Assembly: GCA_026770705.1 (NCBI GenBank) | Contig: JANJGN010000023.1 | Coordinates: 9,424,001-9,488,000, forward strand | Source: Isurus oxyrinchus | Lineage: Eukaryota | Reading direction: 5' to 3' | Length of the DNA stretch: 64,000 bases | Shown: one piece after another, positions 49,043-62,739 of the stretch | Numbering within the stretch: position 1 is the stretch's first letter | How the letters are laid out: each line of letters starts with the position of its first letter | Program-made: the position numbers and the translations under genes | Notes under the pieces: model-generated | Seen by the model: the letters and a program-made list of their open reading frames with translations, nothing else | Told to the model about the DNA's origin: nothing | The model's database searches: none

Positions 49043-52000
49043 TAGCGAAGCTTTGGAAAGGCTGAAGGGGAAAGTCACTGAATCAATCCTGAGTTTGAAG
49101 CATCTTGGTTATCAAGATAGACTCAATAAGCTGGGCCCCATACTGAAGCAGGGATAATTTGATAAGATGATGAAAGGAACAGATTGGGCTTGTGCAGTTT
49201 GTTCCAACTAAATAGGTCATGAAGGACCGGGCAACGCCATTTTAAATTGTATTTGAAATTGGATCGAGGTTAGGTGTCAGGATGTGTTTCTTTTCCCAGA
49301 AAACAGCTGACCTCAGAAACAGACTGTAATGGACACTGGTTCCTGGAATTCCTCCTTGTGGGAGCTGGACCAGTTCCTGGCTGCGGTAGAGATCACCTCG
49401 TAAAAGTGTGTAGGAACAGCAGATAATAATCCAGGCCTGGACTAGTATTGTTCAGCTAAAGGGTTCGAAAAGAGGAAGTCTTCCCAAATTAGACTGGGTT
49501 TTTCTCTCCCAGTGGATCCTATGGATGTTGGGGGAGGGGAATGGATATATTGTACCACAGTTGCAAGGGATGGACTAGTGGGTCTTTTCCTGTCAGTTGA
49601 AGGGCACAGATTTAAGGTCATTGACAAAAAAAAAACAGAGCCAACCTGAAGAACCACTGTTTTTACCCGATGAGTGGTTAGAATTTGGAACGTACTGCCT
49701 GATAGGATAGTGGATACAGATTCAGTAGTTGCCTTCAAAATTGAATTGGATGAAGGAGATGAAGGAGAAAAAGTTGCAGGAAAATGGGAAAGGGCGGGAC
49801 TAATTATTTCATCTTTGTTAGAGCTGGCACAGCTTCGATGGGCTGAATGGCCTCTGTACTATACAATGGTTCGATATTATGATCAGAGGAACTGGCAGAA
49901 GCTGATTACACAGGGGTTTTCACTGTTTAACTGTTTCTCTCTGACTGGGGCTCGCATTACATTGACTTCCGACTCTTATCTCTTATTCCCCTTTCGCTGC
50001 TATTTATTGGTCCCATTTTCCCACTATTAGTCCAGCAGAGCCCAAACCGGAAACATTGACTTATATTTTCCTCTGCACTGATACTGACCAATTTGCTGTG
50101 TCGTTCCATCAGTTTCTGTTCTTATTTCAAATTTCCAATTTTAAAACATCTGATCCCGGCTTAATCCAGTCCTGCATCAAGCCAAGTTAACTCGACTCAA
50201 AAAAAAAGGTTGATTACTCTCAGATATGATTCAGCTGCCAGTTGGCCAAGGGAGATTAGACCTCACACTGAAACTCAGGATAACTGAGGGAAAACATAAT
50301 GTGCTGTGGTCATTATTCAAAATGGAAATTTAATAAAGAAAAAGACTCCACAGTGAAAGATTCTTCCCTTTATGTGTTCTTCTATCCCTATTTACAACAA
50401 GTAATGGGTTGTGAAACTATGCAAATTAAGTTTTTTTATACATGTTCATGGGATGTGGGCATCACTGGCTGGGCCAGCATTTATTGCCCATTCCTAATTG
50501 CCCTTTAGAAGGCGATGGTGAGCTGCCTTCTTGAACCACTGCAGTCCATGTGGTGTAGGTACACCCACAGTGCTGTACTTAATATTTACAGCACAGAAAC
50601 AGACTATGCAAATCCAACTCATTTATGATGGTGTTTATACTCCACAAGAGCTTCCCGCAACGTTATTCCATCTCCTCCTATCAGAATAATCTTCTAATCC
50701 TTTCTCCTTTACGCAGTTATCTAGCTTCCCATTACATACATCCAAACCAAATACTGATCCCATATTTGGACAAGATCTTCCAATCACTCCCTAGGTGGGT
50801 TCCAGCTACATGCTTGTCAACTGTTGTGCACACTGTCTCGCATCTCGATTCCACTATTTTAACAATACCTCCATGGTCCAAGCAGTCCTTATAGCGTAAA
50901 ATTATGAGGGCACACAAACTAGGTTTCTCATCAATGTTGACTCATTGATGTTCAATCGAAGACCCTTCAGTACTTCAACAAAGTGGCTGTTCTTTACGTG
51001 TGAGTTCAGATGGTAAGAAAAGGGCAACATCTCTGTTCTTACCTGACATCCATGCTCACTCACTCCTCAGCTGCAGTCCCTGTTAACAATTAGATGGGGC
51101 TTGCCCCTTCCACCTGTTAAGCCTCCTGCAGCACCCTGATCCCAGACCAACTTCTCCAACCCAATGGTACTGAGGCCAATTGTAGCACCCCTGGCATTGG
51201 TGTCTCAGTTGAGATCAGCTAACTTTGTGTGGAGGAGGCATCCTGTCTGGGATCTTCTGAATCTCCATGGCTCTGCACCAGACTGGGCAGTACACCCTAA
51301 CCACTGAACCACATGACGAACAATGCGATGACTTCTGGAGTCAGAACAGCTGATCCGATTGCTGCAAGATAATAATATTTGAAGGATTAATGAACATACT
51401 GTTCTTTGCTGGGGACAGTGTTATAAATCATTTCAAAATGTTATTTATTGCCAGTGCAGTGACTCTTTTGCCAGAATTTTATTAAGAACAGGAAAAATAT
51501 CAGCTTTGAAGCACTTTGGAGTTAATCCTCTGGGAAGGCAGATGCTGAATGTCCACGAAATTGGAAGCTGTAACAATTGTGCTGTGTTACCAAAAAAATA
51601 ATTTTCCTTAAATATAATATTGGCGGAATAATCCCTAGCGTTTATCAAAGTGTGACAGAAAGAAAGAGCTTGCATTTCTATAACACTCTTCACAATGTCC
51701 CAAAGTACTTCACAATCAAGTAATCACTTTTGAAATATAGTGAAACAAGGCAGGCAACTTGCACACAGCAAGATCCAACAAGCAGCAATGAAATAAAAGA
51801 CTTATAAACAGTTTTCTTTACTGGCTTTGGTTGAGGGATGAATATTGGCCAAAATAACAGAGGCATGCTGTCCTACTCTTCTTCAGTGTAGCTCCATTGG
51901 ATATTTTGGATCTAACTGAGGAAGCAGACAGGGGTCAGCTGAAAATCTCGTCCAACGGACATGTCAACATCTGGAACACCAACTGAGGTTACATGCTCAA

Positions 52001-54288
52001 GTCCTCAACTGGGGTTGACACTCTGAACTGTCTCTGAAGCAAGAGAGCTACCAATGAGTCAAGGCTGACACCTCATTATTCCTCCCCTAATTCTTTTCCA
52101 CTCCTGAAGTTGGCATTCTCACCAGGGGTATAATTCCACAAGTGTAGCCATCCCTACACTACATGACTCACATGGCTATTCCTCATCATCTGTAAGCCAA
52201 GTGTGGATATTCATCAGGATGGGATAGGGTGGTGGGGAGGGATCTCTAATCTAATCCAGTTCTACCCCAACATCTATACACACAGTAGCATTTTTCCACC
52301 AGCCTTAATCTCTAGTAAAGCCTTGGGTTCAATACCAGAATTTTTGAGTGCTAGACATGATGCTTGAGCATCCTCATTCAAACCCTCAAACCCAGGTTCC
52401 AAGAGTTAAAATGACAATGCATTAACCCACTACCTGGTCAGCTTCTGTAGTTCCCTTTGTTACTAGCACAAACATAAGAGATTTGGGTTTTTTTGAGCAT
52501 GTGACTCTGTAAGGAAAGGTTAATCAAACTGTTCTGTAGTCTACTAATGTAATGGTGCTATTGATTCCTCTTAATCTTGTACTAATCATAACCTTTACCT
52601 TTTGGCTGTTAAGTGAGAAAGTATTAGTCAATTTAGATGCTGTGGCCACTGAGCTGTTGATTGAAGGTTGACCTTGAAGCAATGGCCATTTTTGTGCCCA
52701 ATTAAAAGATATTTCAGTGCATACTGATATAGATATTTTGTAGAACTTTAATTAGTTAATAGCATGTTCTGCAAAGGAAAAGTTTGTGAATACACCATTA
52801 ATTTTAGAAGCAGGAGATAGGTATGAAATAAACTGATAATTAAAAGTTTCATATTGTAGAGCAGAACAAGCTCTGATAACAGGACAATGTTGGGAAGCTG
52901 TACTGGTCTATAGCAAAAGAATTTGTTAAAACTATAGTTATTAATAAAGGACAAGCTCATTAACATGAAGCTTATACAGAATTGTACTAGGTAATGCAGA
53001 CACAGAAGGTGTAAGAAAAATAAGAGTGACTATTGGAACAGATACTTGGGGTTTGGAAAGGCCTGTGATACCAATCTAGAAGTACAATACATGTGACTCC
53101 TCAACTACACAAACACAGTTTTGTCATAAGTACAGGCTTTGGAGGTACTTTACACTTAATAAATCTTAGTGTCTGTCATTCAATGTGTACGAATCCTAGT
53201 GATATGAGAAGTAAATTAAAAGAACACACCTAAATTTTCTAGCAACAATAATTGATATTGGTGCTATTCTGAAAGTCATAACTTGTACTTAAATGCTTTG
53301 GTAGCTTCTGTTTTACAGTGAAGAAAGGTGTACCTGTTTCATGTACATAGGTTGCGTACTGGGTATGGCAGCATGGATTGGTGTGGTTACGGCATTATGT
53401 GTAGTGTGGATTATTTTGGTGGGGTGTGTGGTTATTATAGTGGAGTACTGTATCGTAGTACCAGGGTTATTAGGGTAGAGTGGGTTGTTGTGGTAATGGA
53501 ATTACTGTGTTTAAATCCAACCATTGTAAATTGTTGAATCCTATGCTAATTAAAAAAAATATATATTTGTTCCAGCATGTGACAAAGCTGATTGATCTTC
53601 ATTTATTGCCCAACCCTGGTTGCAAGTGATTACTTGTATAACTGAGCGGTTTGCTGGCACCAAAACTAAAGCTGCTGAATTTCTGTAAAAACCCACCTGG
53701 TTCAGTCAGCTGCTTCAGGGAAGAGAACGTACACCTCTTATCTAGTCTGGCCTACATGTGACTCCAGTTCACATTATATGCTTATATTTTAACACCCTCT
53801 GAAATGGTTCAAAAAACCACTCAGTTATACAAGTAATCTAAAAGAACCTAGGTTAGAAGTCACAAAGTCATGTCCCAGATTTTGTATATTCACTCACATT
53901 TGACTCATTTTTTGGACTTGGATATGTAAAAACAATGTTAACAAAGGGATCTTGCCTAATATAGGACTTTAGGATTCTGAAAGAGTTTGATATGGTAGAT
54001 GCAGAGAAGACATCTCCACTTGTTGGGGACACCAAAACTCAGGGTCAAAAGTATAAGATAGTTATGAGTAAATCCAATACGGAATTCAGGAAAAATGGTT
54101 TGCATGCAAAGAGTGGTGAGAATATGGGACTCACATCCATATGAATTAGTGGAGTGAAGTAGCATAGGTATATTTAAGGGGGAGCTAGAAAAACACATGA
54201 CGTCAAAAAGAATGGAAGGATATGTTGATGGGGTGAAAAAGGTTGGCAGGGAGGAGGCTTATGTGGTGCACAAACACCAGCATAAACC

Positions 54289-54782
54289 AAAACAAAAGTA
54301 GCTGGAAAAACTCAGCAGGTCTGACAGCATCTGCGAAGAGGAATACAGTTAACGTTGCGAGTCTGTATGACTCTTCATCGGAACTAAGGAAAAATAGAAA
54401 TGAGATGAAATATCAGCTGGTTAGAACTGAATAGAGGGCCAGTGATAGGTGGAGGCAAAGAAGAGATTGCCAAAGATGTCATAGATAAAAGGTCAAAGGG
54501 GTGTTGACGGTGGTGATATTAGCTGAGGAATGTGCTAATGGTGACATTAAGGATAGAAAGCGGGATGAGCAAGTGACAGCTAGCCCTAGTGAGGGTGGGG
54601 TGGGGGAAGGGATTGAAATGGCTAAAAGGTGGAGATAAAACAATGAATGGAAATACATTTAAAAATAATAGAAATAGGTGGGAAAAGAAAAATATATATA
54701 TAAAAAAATATTAAAAATATATAAATTATTGGAAAAAGGGTGATCGGAAAGGGGGTGGGGATGGAGGAGAGAGTTCATCATG
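54289..54782 (-). mobile_element. Penelope terminal fragment (second subfamily) inserted at the end of a CR1 fragment (~53950-54290)
   Basis: 15-bp TSD accagcataaaccaa; hammerhead-like motif with CCGATGA core on the minus strand. Confidence 0.8.
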
Positions 54783-56060
54783 ACCAGCATAAACCAATTG
54801 GGTTAATTGGCTATAAGTTTTATATAATCAGGAGCCAGCAGTTTAGAACATGAATTGTTAAGTCCTCAAAAAAGAGTTGGATAAATATCTTACTGGGAAT
54901 GGAATGGAGGTTGTAGAGGTAGTGGGAGAGTGATGATCAAATACTCCACTTGGCACAATCATTCCTGTGCTGTAGTAGTGGGTGTTGGCTGTGGGGGCAG
55001 CAGGTCAAGGTGGTATAGTGGAGATGAGAAGATGGTAGAATATTTCACCTCAGGGCCCTGTGAATATTTGTGCGCCTTCCCTCAGATTAAGTGACTGAGT
55101 CAAAACACACACAAGAAGTTCATTAACTGCCTGACCTTCACTCTCAGGTCCATAACTGTTGTTCAATGTTCTCAGTACATTTCACTGACACAACGAGAAT
55201 ACCACAGCTGTGTAAAATGTTGCCAATATCTATGATTCTCAATGTGTCCTATCCACCAGATGTATTGCAACCGAGGCTGCCAAGCATTTCCTAAACCCAG
55301 CAGCCTCCACTATCCAGAGGGGCAAGAGTTCCAGGCACATGGGCAACGCCTTCACTTCTAAGTTTCCTTTTAAGTTGCACACGATCCCAATTGGACCTAT
55401 ATCACAAGTGCCTGCACGAGTCACTGGACTATAATCCTGGGACTTCATATCTCAAGCGAACAGCTCTGTGGGAGCATCTTCACTACACCAACTGCAAGGG
55501 CTCAAGAAGGCAGCTCCCCTCCCCCGAACTTCTCAAGCGACAACTGGGGATGGTCAATCAATGCCCAGCGGTACTCACAGCCCCACAATTAAAAACAAAT
55601 TAGGCATTTCTGTCTAAAATAGATGTGCTTTCTATATCACACAGCTTTACTACACATTCAGAAAACAATCACTGCGCTAAAGAATTACTGTCATTCTTCT
55701 TTGCTTCCAAATCTATTTCCTCATTCTAATTTTACACACATTAATAAGAATGACAAAGTTCAACAGAAAGGCTAATTGTGAATTAGAAGCAGTTCCTCAG
55801 GGCCTGGGTTTGTACACTAGTCTAATTAAGGATAATTAAGATAATGACTCTCCAAAGATTCTTTGTCTGAAAATCAATTTGATTTCTTAACTTATCTTGA
55901 CAAGTAATGTAATGTCCTCTAGACTGTTCCACAAAGCCTTAAAATACAAGCAGTTGGATATCATCAGCAGACCTGCTGTTCTGACTCTGTGGATGAATTG
56001 AATATATACTTAGAGAATTGCTTATTTTTTGTGAATAACCCATTTTCAGCTTTAGTCATA

Positions 56061-56635
56061 GGGCTGAATTTAATATTTAAAGACTGGAGTCTTTCCTGCT
56101 AGCTAGAAAACCAGTGGGGGCCCCACATTGCCTCTGTTACTGAAAGGCCTGCCCGAATTAAGTGCCCAACTGGCCAGCAGCAGACCTTTCCAGCATTTAG
56201 GGCTACCCACCCCCCCACCCTGAGAGCTGCTAGCCAATCAGAAGCCGGGCGACTCTCCATTACAGGCAGCGCCACTGGGAGCACTGGCAGCTGCCGGTAA
56301 TGCACCCACCAGAGGCTTCTGATCACTGTGGGAGCCAGGCCACAGGTGAGTGGCACGTGATGGGGGTTGAGGGGAAGAGGTTGCTGATGGGGGGAAGGCA
56401 GGAGAAAAGACTGGGGGTTGGCACTCAATGGGCTTCCCCCTTCCTGATGCCAGGTCCCTTGATCAGGCACTGGGTGCCTTTGAATGGGGGAAACTGCCTC
56501 CCCAGAAGCCTGCAAGCAATCCCAGTTGTTTGAAGCCTGTGAGTGGGCTAATTATAAAATGCTGCCCAATTTTGCTGGTTTATATTTAATTTTACGATAG
56601 TGATTATGCAAGTGAGTTTGAGCAGAAAATTCAAG
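56061..56635. mobile_element. Harbinger-type MITE, degraded
   Basis: Begins gggctgaattt, ends near aaaattcaagc; GC-rich interior related to 32243-32945. Confidence 0.5.
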
Positions 56636-57032
56636 CGTGATCCTTTTGGGAACCCAGCACAATTTTGAGTGCAATTTGCATCCAGAGTGCTGGCTGTGTC
56701 TGAAGATGATTGTCTATCCTCAATGGCCCAGTGACCATTAATGATTATTAGGAGGAGATACTGGCTCAATTTTTTACCCCTCCCTAGCTCAGTGGGCTAC
56801 CCTGTGAGACGAACTGACTTAAAACAAGCACAAACTTAAAAAATTAGAAGTGGCCATTTAGGAGGGAAATCAGGAAACGCTTCTTCACACAGAAGATAGT
56901 GGAAATCTGAAACTCTTACCTTCAAAAAGCTGTGGACCAGATTGAAATCTTCAGATTTTGGTCAGGTAAGGGTCTGCAGTGTTGTGTTCCAGTTCACTTG
57001 GGGAGTCTGAATTACCCTGTCAGCATGCATAT

Positions 57033-57255
57033 TGTAGTCTGGAGCTATGGATAGTGATGGTTCATGGCTGACCAAGAATCTCTTGCTCTTACCACCTGCC
57101 GTTGGCATGTGATGGAAGGATTTGCAGGTTGAGTATCAACCTGTTTGGCCACGTTATGAACACGCCTTCCTTGGCCGTCAAGCCCTGGAGCGGGACATGA
57201 AGTCAGAGCTTCTGGCTCAGAGGCAGGGGACACAATCCACTGTGCTACAAGACCT
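57033..57255 (-). mobile_element. tRNA-derived SINE (family of 240-478)
   Basis: Sequence similarity to 240-478. Confidence 0.6.
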
Positions 57256-57408
57256 CACACTGGGGGGGGGTGGGGGGCGGGGGGTTGGGGGGGGTGGAGG
57301 TTGGGGGGGGTTGCTTATCAAGAAATATGGAGCTAATGCAGCTAAATGGAATTGATAACTTTTAACATGACGCTAAGATCAGTCACATTTTTCTTTTAGA
57401 GAGAGTAT

Positions 57409-57965
57409 GGCCAGTATTTTACATCCTGTGGGTGGGCGTGCGCCTGACCCGAAATGGCATAAAATCACACGAAATGCCATCGGACGAGTGTCCTGATGTC
57501 ATCGCGCACTCGCGTGATATTTCGCTCAGTGGGCATGCGCAGAAGTCGGAAGGGCGCCCGTTGACAAAAAGCGGGCAATTAAACTAACTAACAATCCAAT
57601 TGTAAGTGACTTTTCGTGGCCTGTCCAATCTTACAGTTGGCGGGTGGGCTAGTCGGCCAGGTGGGCTTTACGTTCTTGATGAAACCTCATCTAAGGGCAG
57701 GATGAAATCTCCGTTAGGACTTAAAATGAAAAGGCACATCTGGGTACTGTTTTTTTTTATGATGTCTGCTTTCAGGTGCTTGATTGTGCTGCATGGACAT
57801 TTTTTGCAGCATTTTTGCGGCTCCCTGAGGTATCCGTTTGCCTTCAGGGAGCTCAGTAGGAGCGCTCACCAGCACCCGCGGTGATGTCGGCACCCGCCCT
57901 CTCCCCACCCCCACCGGCAGCGCTGAACCTTTCTCCGGGCGCGTTTCACGCTGGTTGGCCATTAA
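57409..57965. mobile_element. MITE of the 35372/48153 family, followed by a Deu SINE tail (57966-58120)
   Basis: Shares tgatgtcatcgcgc and gaaacctcatc..ggatga motifs. Confidence 0.6.
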
Positions 57966-58228
57966 TTGGCTGTTTGTGGGAGCTTGCTGTGCACAAATTG
58001 GTTGTCACCTTTGCTATGTTATGAACAGAGACCGCACTTCAAAAGTACTTAATTAGCTGTAAAATGCTTTGAGACACCTGATGGTCATGAAGGGGCTAAA
58101 TAAGTGTAACCTTGTCTTTCATTGATTTTTGGCATTTGGATAATTGTAAAAACAAAATCACTGAATAATGCAAAGCACCTGCATTAGTCCTGGGTTGATT
58201 AAAAAGCCCAGTACAACTAAATTACACC

Positions 58229-58619
58229 CGGTGCAGAAGGGGGTCGGGAAGGAGGAGGACCTCCTCGTGAACCTGCTCCTGGGCCTGGCCAAGTTGGCTA
58301 TTAACAGGTCCAGGCAGCAGGCGATCGACGGGGGGAGTCCCGCCCGATTGTTTATCCCTCTTCCGCGGCTACGTTCGCAGCCGGGTGTCTTTGGAGAGGG
58401 AGCACGTGGTGTCTGCTGGCACTCTCGAGGCCTTCCATGCCCGGTGGGCACCGCGGGGACTGGGGTGTTTTGTTGACCCCTGTAATCACATTTTGATTTA
58501 AAGTTTGTAAGTTTCCTTTAAACTTTGTTCTTGGTTTTACAGCTGACCTGAATTAGGGGCTGTGCCTGATTTATCCCAATTTTGTTAATTTAGTTTAATT
58601 GTTTTGACTCTATAAGAGT
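58229..58619 (+). mobile_element. Tx1/L1-clade LINE 3' end
   Basis: EEDLLVNLLLGLAKLAINRSRQQA and (shifted frame) LFRGYVRSRVSLEREH; perfect 17-bp TSD tacaactaaattacacc (58212-58228 and 58620-58636). Confidence 0.8.
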
Positions 58620-58943
58620 TACAACTAAATTACACCTTTTCCTGAGAACTATATGGAGCCTGTATTACGTCACTTCCCATCGTTCCAGCATTTGCAGCCA
58701 TACCTTCAGCTGCCTAGGCCCGAATCTCTGGAATTTCCCCCTTATACCTCTCCACCTTCCTTTCCTATTTCCAGACGCTCCTTCAAAAGTTGACTTCTAT
58801 GATCAAGCTCATGATCATCCGCCCTAACATCCCCTTTAGTTGGTTCGGTTAAACTTCGCTTGATAATACTTCTGTGAAGTGCCTCAGCCCATTTTACAAG
58901 CGCCGCATAATTGCCAATTGTTGTTGTTGATTACAAAGACTAA

Positions 58944-59068
58944 GGCCGGGATTTTCCGGTCCCGTTGGCAAATTCCCGTCCGAACTCAACGGACCTTTGG
59001 CTGGTCCGTCCAATTTTCCGTCCAGCCACATGGATTCCCACCACGGACAGGGCCAGAAGATCCCAGCC
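58944..59068. mobile_element. Short Harbinger-type MITE
   Basis: TIR-like GGCCGGGATTTTC / GAAGATCCCAGCC flanked by TAA/CAA. Confidence 0.55.
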
Positions 59069-59519
59069 CAAGGAAACAATTTAGACAAAACAAAACACTG
59101 CAGCTGCCTGGAAATCTGAAATTAAACGCTGAAATTACCCCAAAACATCAGGGCGCACCAGAAGAGACAGAAGTTAATGTCTCAAGTTAACGACTTTTCA
59201 TCAATGTTTCTCTTTCCACAGATGCTGCTTGAACCTGCTGAATAGAATTTTCCAGAATTTTCTGTTTTTATGACATATGTCTTCCCAGTTTATTTGTGAA
59301 GCTGTCAGAGAATCCTGCAGTGAGAACAAGGTACAGAATCCTTCAATGCAATTACTCATCTCTAGGGAATCTACAGACAGAAATTGCCATATTTTATACA
59401 AACAAATCTGGGGTCTGCAAGAAATGAGGACACCAAAAGATAATAAGGATGCTAATCCAGCTGTGTAGCTTTTCAATCTGACAGGTATACTGTAAACAGG
59501 AATATGATTCTGCCTTTTC

Positions 59520-60075
59520 CTGACTAGCTGAAACCCTCACACATGCCTTTGTTACTTCCAGACTTAACTATTCCAATATTTTCCCAGCCAGCATCCGATC
59601 TACCACCCTTTCTAAACTTGAGCCCCTAAGAATCTCTACTGCCCATATCCTAACTCGCACTTAGTCTCCTTCATATCCCTGTTCTCACTGATCTGGTCTG
59701 GCAAAGCCTTGATATTAAAATTTAAATTCTTGTTTTCAAACCCCTCCAAGGCCCCACCCCTCCCTATGTCTATAACCTTCTCCAGCCCTTCCACAGTCTG
59801 AGATGTCTTTGTTCTTCCAACCTTCTGCCTCCCTGATTTCTTTCACTGCACCATTGGCAGCTGTGCCTTCAACTGTATAGGCCTTAAGCTCTGGGATACC
59901 CTCCCTGACTCTCTCCATCTTGCTTACCATTCCCTCCTCCTTTAAGTCACTGATTAAAATCTGCCTCTTTTGGCTCAGCTTTTGTTCATTCCAATCTCTC
60001 TTAGTGTGACTCATTGTCAAATTTTGTCTGATGATATTCCTCTGAAGTAACTTGGGATATTTTATTATGATATGA
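59520..60075 (+). mobile_element. L2 LINE 3' fragment
   Basis: HAFVTSRLNYSN-like motif (catgcctttgttacttccagacttaactattccaat) and L2 3' region; related pieces at 35130-35330 and 58670-58890. Confidence 0.7.
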
Positions 60076-60194
60076 ATACCAGCGATTCTAGGGCAGAATG
60101 GATGGGTGTTCTTTTCTGTAGTGGTACAGTTCAAACACATAAACGTACACACAAAAAAAACAGGAAAAGATCTTCTTGGTACTACAGAACTTGA

Positions 60195-60642
60195 ATATGG
60201 CTGAAAAGAGGGACATGTTACCAAAGGTTCTTGTCTTGTGCTCATCAGGCAAGAATGTCAAATTTCATAGATCACAAACTTGTGTGTGCTAATAACTACA
60301 CTAACCACCAATTAAGATAATCGGTCAAGCTCCTTACATGGCTCATTTACACTTGCTAAAAGTGACAAACATTCATACGCAGTGACCTGTTCGCTGCAAA
60401 CAAAAGAAATATCTTCAAGCCTTGCGCCTTTTTTAATTCCCAGGAGCTTGGGGAGCCTATAGTTCCCTGTTGCTTTCGCAATAGCAATGCCTCAGCCAAT
60501 CAGAACTGACTTGTCAACCAATCAACATCCGTCTCTCTTGTAGTATAAATTATAGTGATCGTTTGAAATTTGGCATTCTTGCATTTGTCCTGAGGAGGGC
60601 AAGACAAAAAGCTTCAACAACTCGCCTCTCTTTGCAGCAATA
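60195..60642. mobile_element. Foldback of a different Penelope-like terminus with hammerhead-like CTGANGA motif
   Basis: 60195-60277 is an inverted copy of 60556-60642; cores CTGATGA (minus arm) and CTGAGGA...AAGCTTC (plus arm); TSD-like gaaagatcttct on both sides. Confidence 0.55.
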
Positions 60643-62180
60643 TGAAAGATCTTCTGGTCTAGCAAGCACAACCTGACCAGACAGAATGCAGCCCTCATGT
60701 GTCAACAACCCACCCTAGTTACACAACCTCCTGGGAGATCCAATAAAGTAGCAGGAAAAAGACTGAGGGTAATTTAGGAATAAGTGAAATTCCTTACTGT
60801 TACCATTTCTTATTCCCTGAGGTACTCAAGCATATCTGTTTTACTGATGTTGGGTGAAGCTTAAATACTAGCAAAATGGAACTCCACCTCTTTACTTCAA
60901 AATGGTGCCAAGGAATCTTTTACATCCATCTGAGGGGGCAGACAGGGCCTCAGTTTAACGCCACTCCTGAAAGTATCTCTAACTTTTCTTTAGCTTAAGG
61001 CACTTTCCAGTCTCACAAACTAGTTTACTCTCAAAGGACTACACACTTACAACAGGGAGTGGGTCATCTATTCGACTTTTCTTGGCTCTATTCTGGCACC
61101 GTCTCCTTCTAGAAAAGAAAGTCATGGGCTCATGACCCACTATAGTGACTTGGGTGCATAACCTCAGCTGATGGTCCCAATGCAGTACTGAGGGAATGCA
61201 GCACTGCCCGAGCTGCCATCTTTTGGAAAAGAAGCTGAGGCACTGACTGCCTTTTAGTTGGATGTAAAGAATCCTATGGTGCTATTGAAAGCAAAGAATG
61301 TCAGTTTTCCCGCCGTCTTAAAAAATATTTATCCTCAGCCAACAGCCCTTAAAAAAAACTGTTCATTTATCTGATTGCTGTTTGCGAAACCTTGCTGCAT
61401 GCAAATTGGCTGCTATCTTTCGCCATGTCCGAAATCACTGGATTGTTCCCTCTGAGCTGGAAGGAGGAAGGCTACAGAGTAAGAAAGCACATGGTAAATT
61501 AGCGTTGAAACTTTTGGTGATGTGCAGGCAGTGACAAGATTTCAGGGTTGTTTTCCAGGGTTAGGATCTGTCTGGTCTCTCTGCTGCATTTAAAATGCTC
61601 CGTGCCACTATTCTAAGAAGAGAAGGAACGTTTCCCTGGTATCTCGGGCTGAAAGAAATGGATTAACTCTCATTTATCTCATTGCTGTTTGTGGAACCGT
61701 GGCTGTATATAAATTGGCTGCTGGGCCTCACCAAATTCTAAATCACCAGACTGTTCTGTCTGAGCTGGAAGGGAGGTAGCTGCAGAGTAAGAAATCAGAC
61801 ATTAATTAGCCGTAAGTTTTTGGTGTTTATTAGTGATAAGCGCACATTAACAAGTTTGCAAAATCTGCCAAATTTCTCTTCTATTTCTGGCTGATCTGAT
61901 CCCCTTGTAAAATTCCTGGGACAGTCCCTGGCTCGAACGCGCCAATATAGTCGCGAGTTTATACGAGTAACCTTTGTCGATTGGCAGTTTTCTAACTTTC
62001 ATGTCTCAACAGTTACAGAAAAGCAAGATTTTAAAAATAGTTGAAGTCTTATTAATAAACCAGAGACAGGTATTTAATTTCCACAGATTCCACTTATATT
62101 CCAACATGGTTCCAGAAGTTTCTGACCCAGGTTAGACACGCATGGTTTAGATACCTGTAGCTGTAAACGTGGCAGTACCA

Positions 62181-62739
62181 ATGGCATTATTGATGAGCTG
62201 GGTTTCCAGAACATTCTGACACATGTTAGGCATATGCAGTCGCTGTATCTGTAGGTATAAATGTAACCCATGTCATTTATCTGAACACAGTCCCAGGAAA
62301 GGAGTCAAGTAGCAGAAAAGAGGCTCTTGTGCCTTTAATTGAGCAAATATCAGCCGGAACCATCTTAAGAGCGGTAAGTGCCGCTAACAAAGTTTTTTGC
62401 TGGACACTTGAACATCTACCTTCGTTCTTGAGAAGATGGACATTGACATTGAAGGAGTCCAGCAGCATTGGTAATGTTGGGTTCAATATGCAAATTTTGA
62501 ATAGTAGTAATTTGGGGGGGAACCAGCATCTCAATGGTCCAGTTATTAATAATATGGAAACAGTTCTGCAGATACTGAGAACATGGTTAATAATGATTAG
62601 CTGTGGATTGTTAATGTCTTCCACTTACAGTAAATGGCAAAAATATCAACACGGCGGGAGTGTTTCCAACAGCAGCAGAGAAATGGAAAATTTTGAAGAT
62701 TCTGCCCAGATAATTCAATGTGGAATGAAAGGAAACTAA
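62181..62739 (+). pseudogene. Disrupted paralogue (copy A) of the orphan ORF
   Basis: ATG 62181 gives MALLMSWVSRTF*, TGA at 62217-62219, then CSRCICRYKC, a 1-nt frameshift near 62268, then ...EQISAGTILRAVSAANKVFCWTLEHLPSFLR. AATAAA at 62787-62792. Confidence 0.6.

Noticed and set aside
50732-50917. Protein-like 61-aa minus-strand ORF
   Set aside because: No ATG, no convincing splice signals and no recognisable family.
32000-61000. FBXO47 or PLXDC1 exons expected from human synteny
   Set aside because: I found no translation resembling either protein; short exons could be missed, so tBLASTn would be decisive.
62217-62219. In-frame TGA in copy A as selenocysteine
   Set aside because: A frameshift follows ~50 nt later and I see no SECIS-like element; pseudogenisation is simpler.
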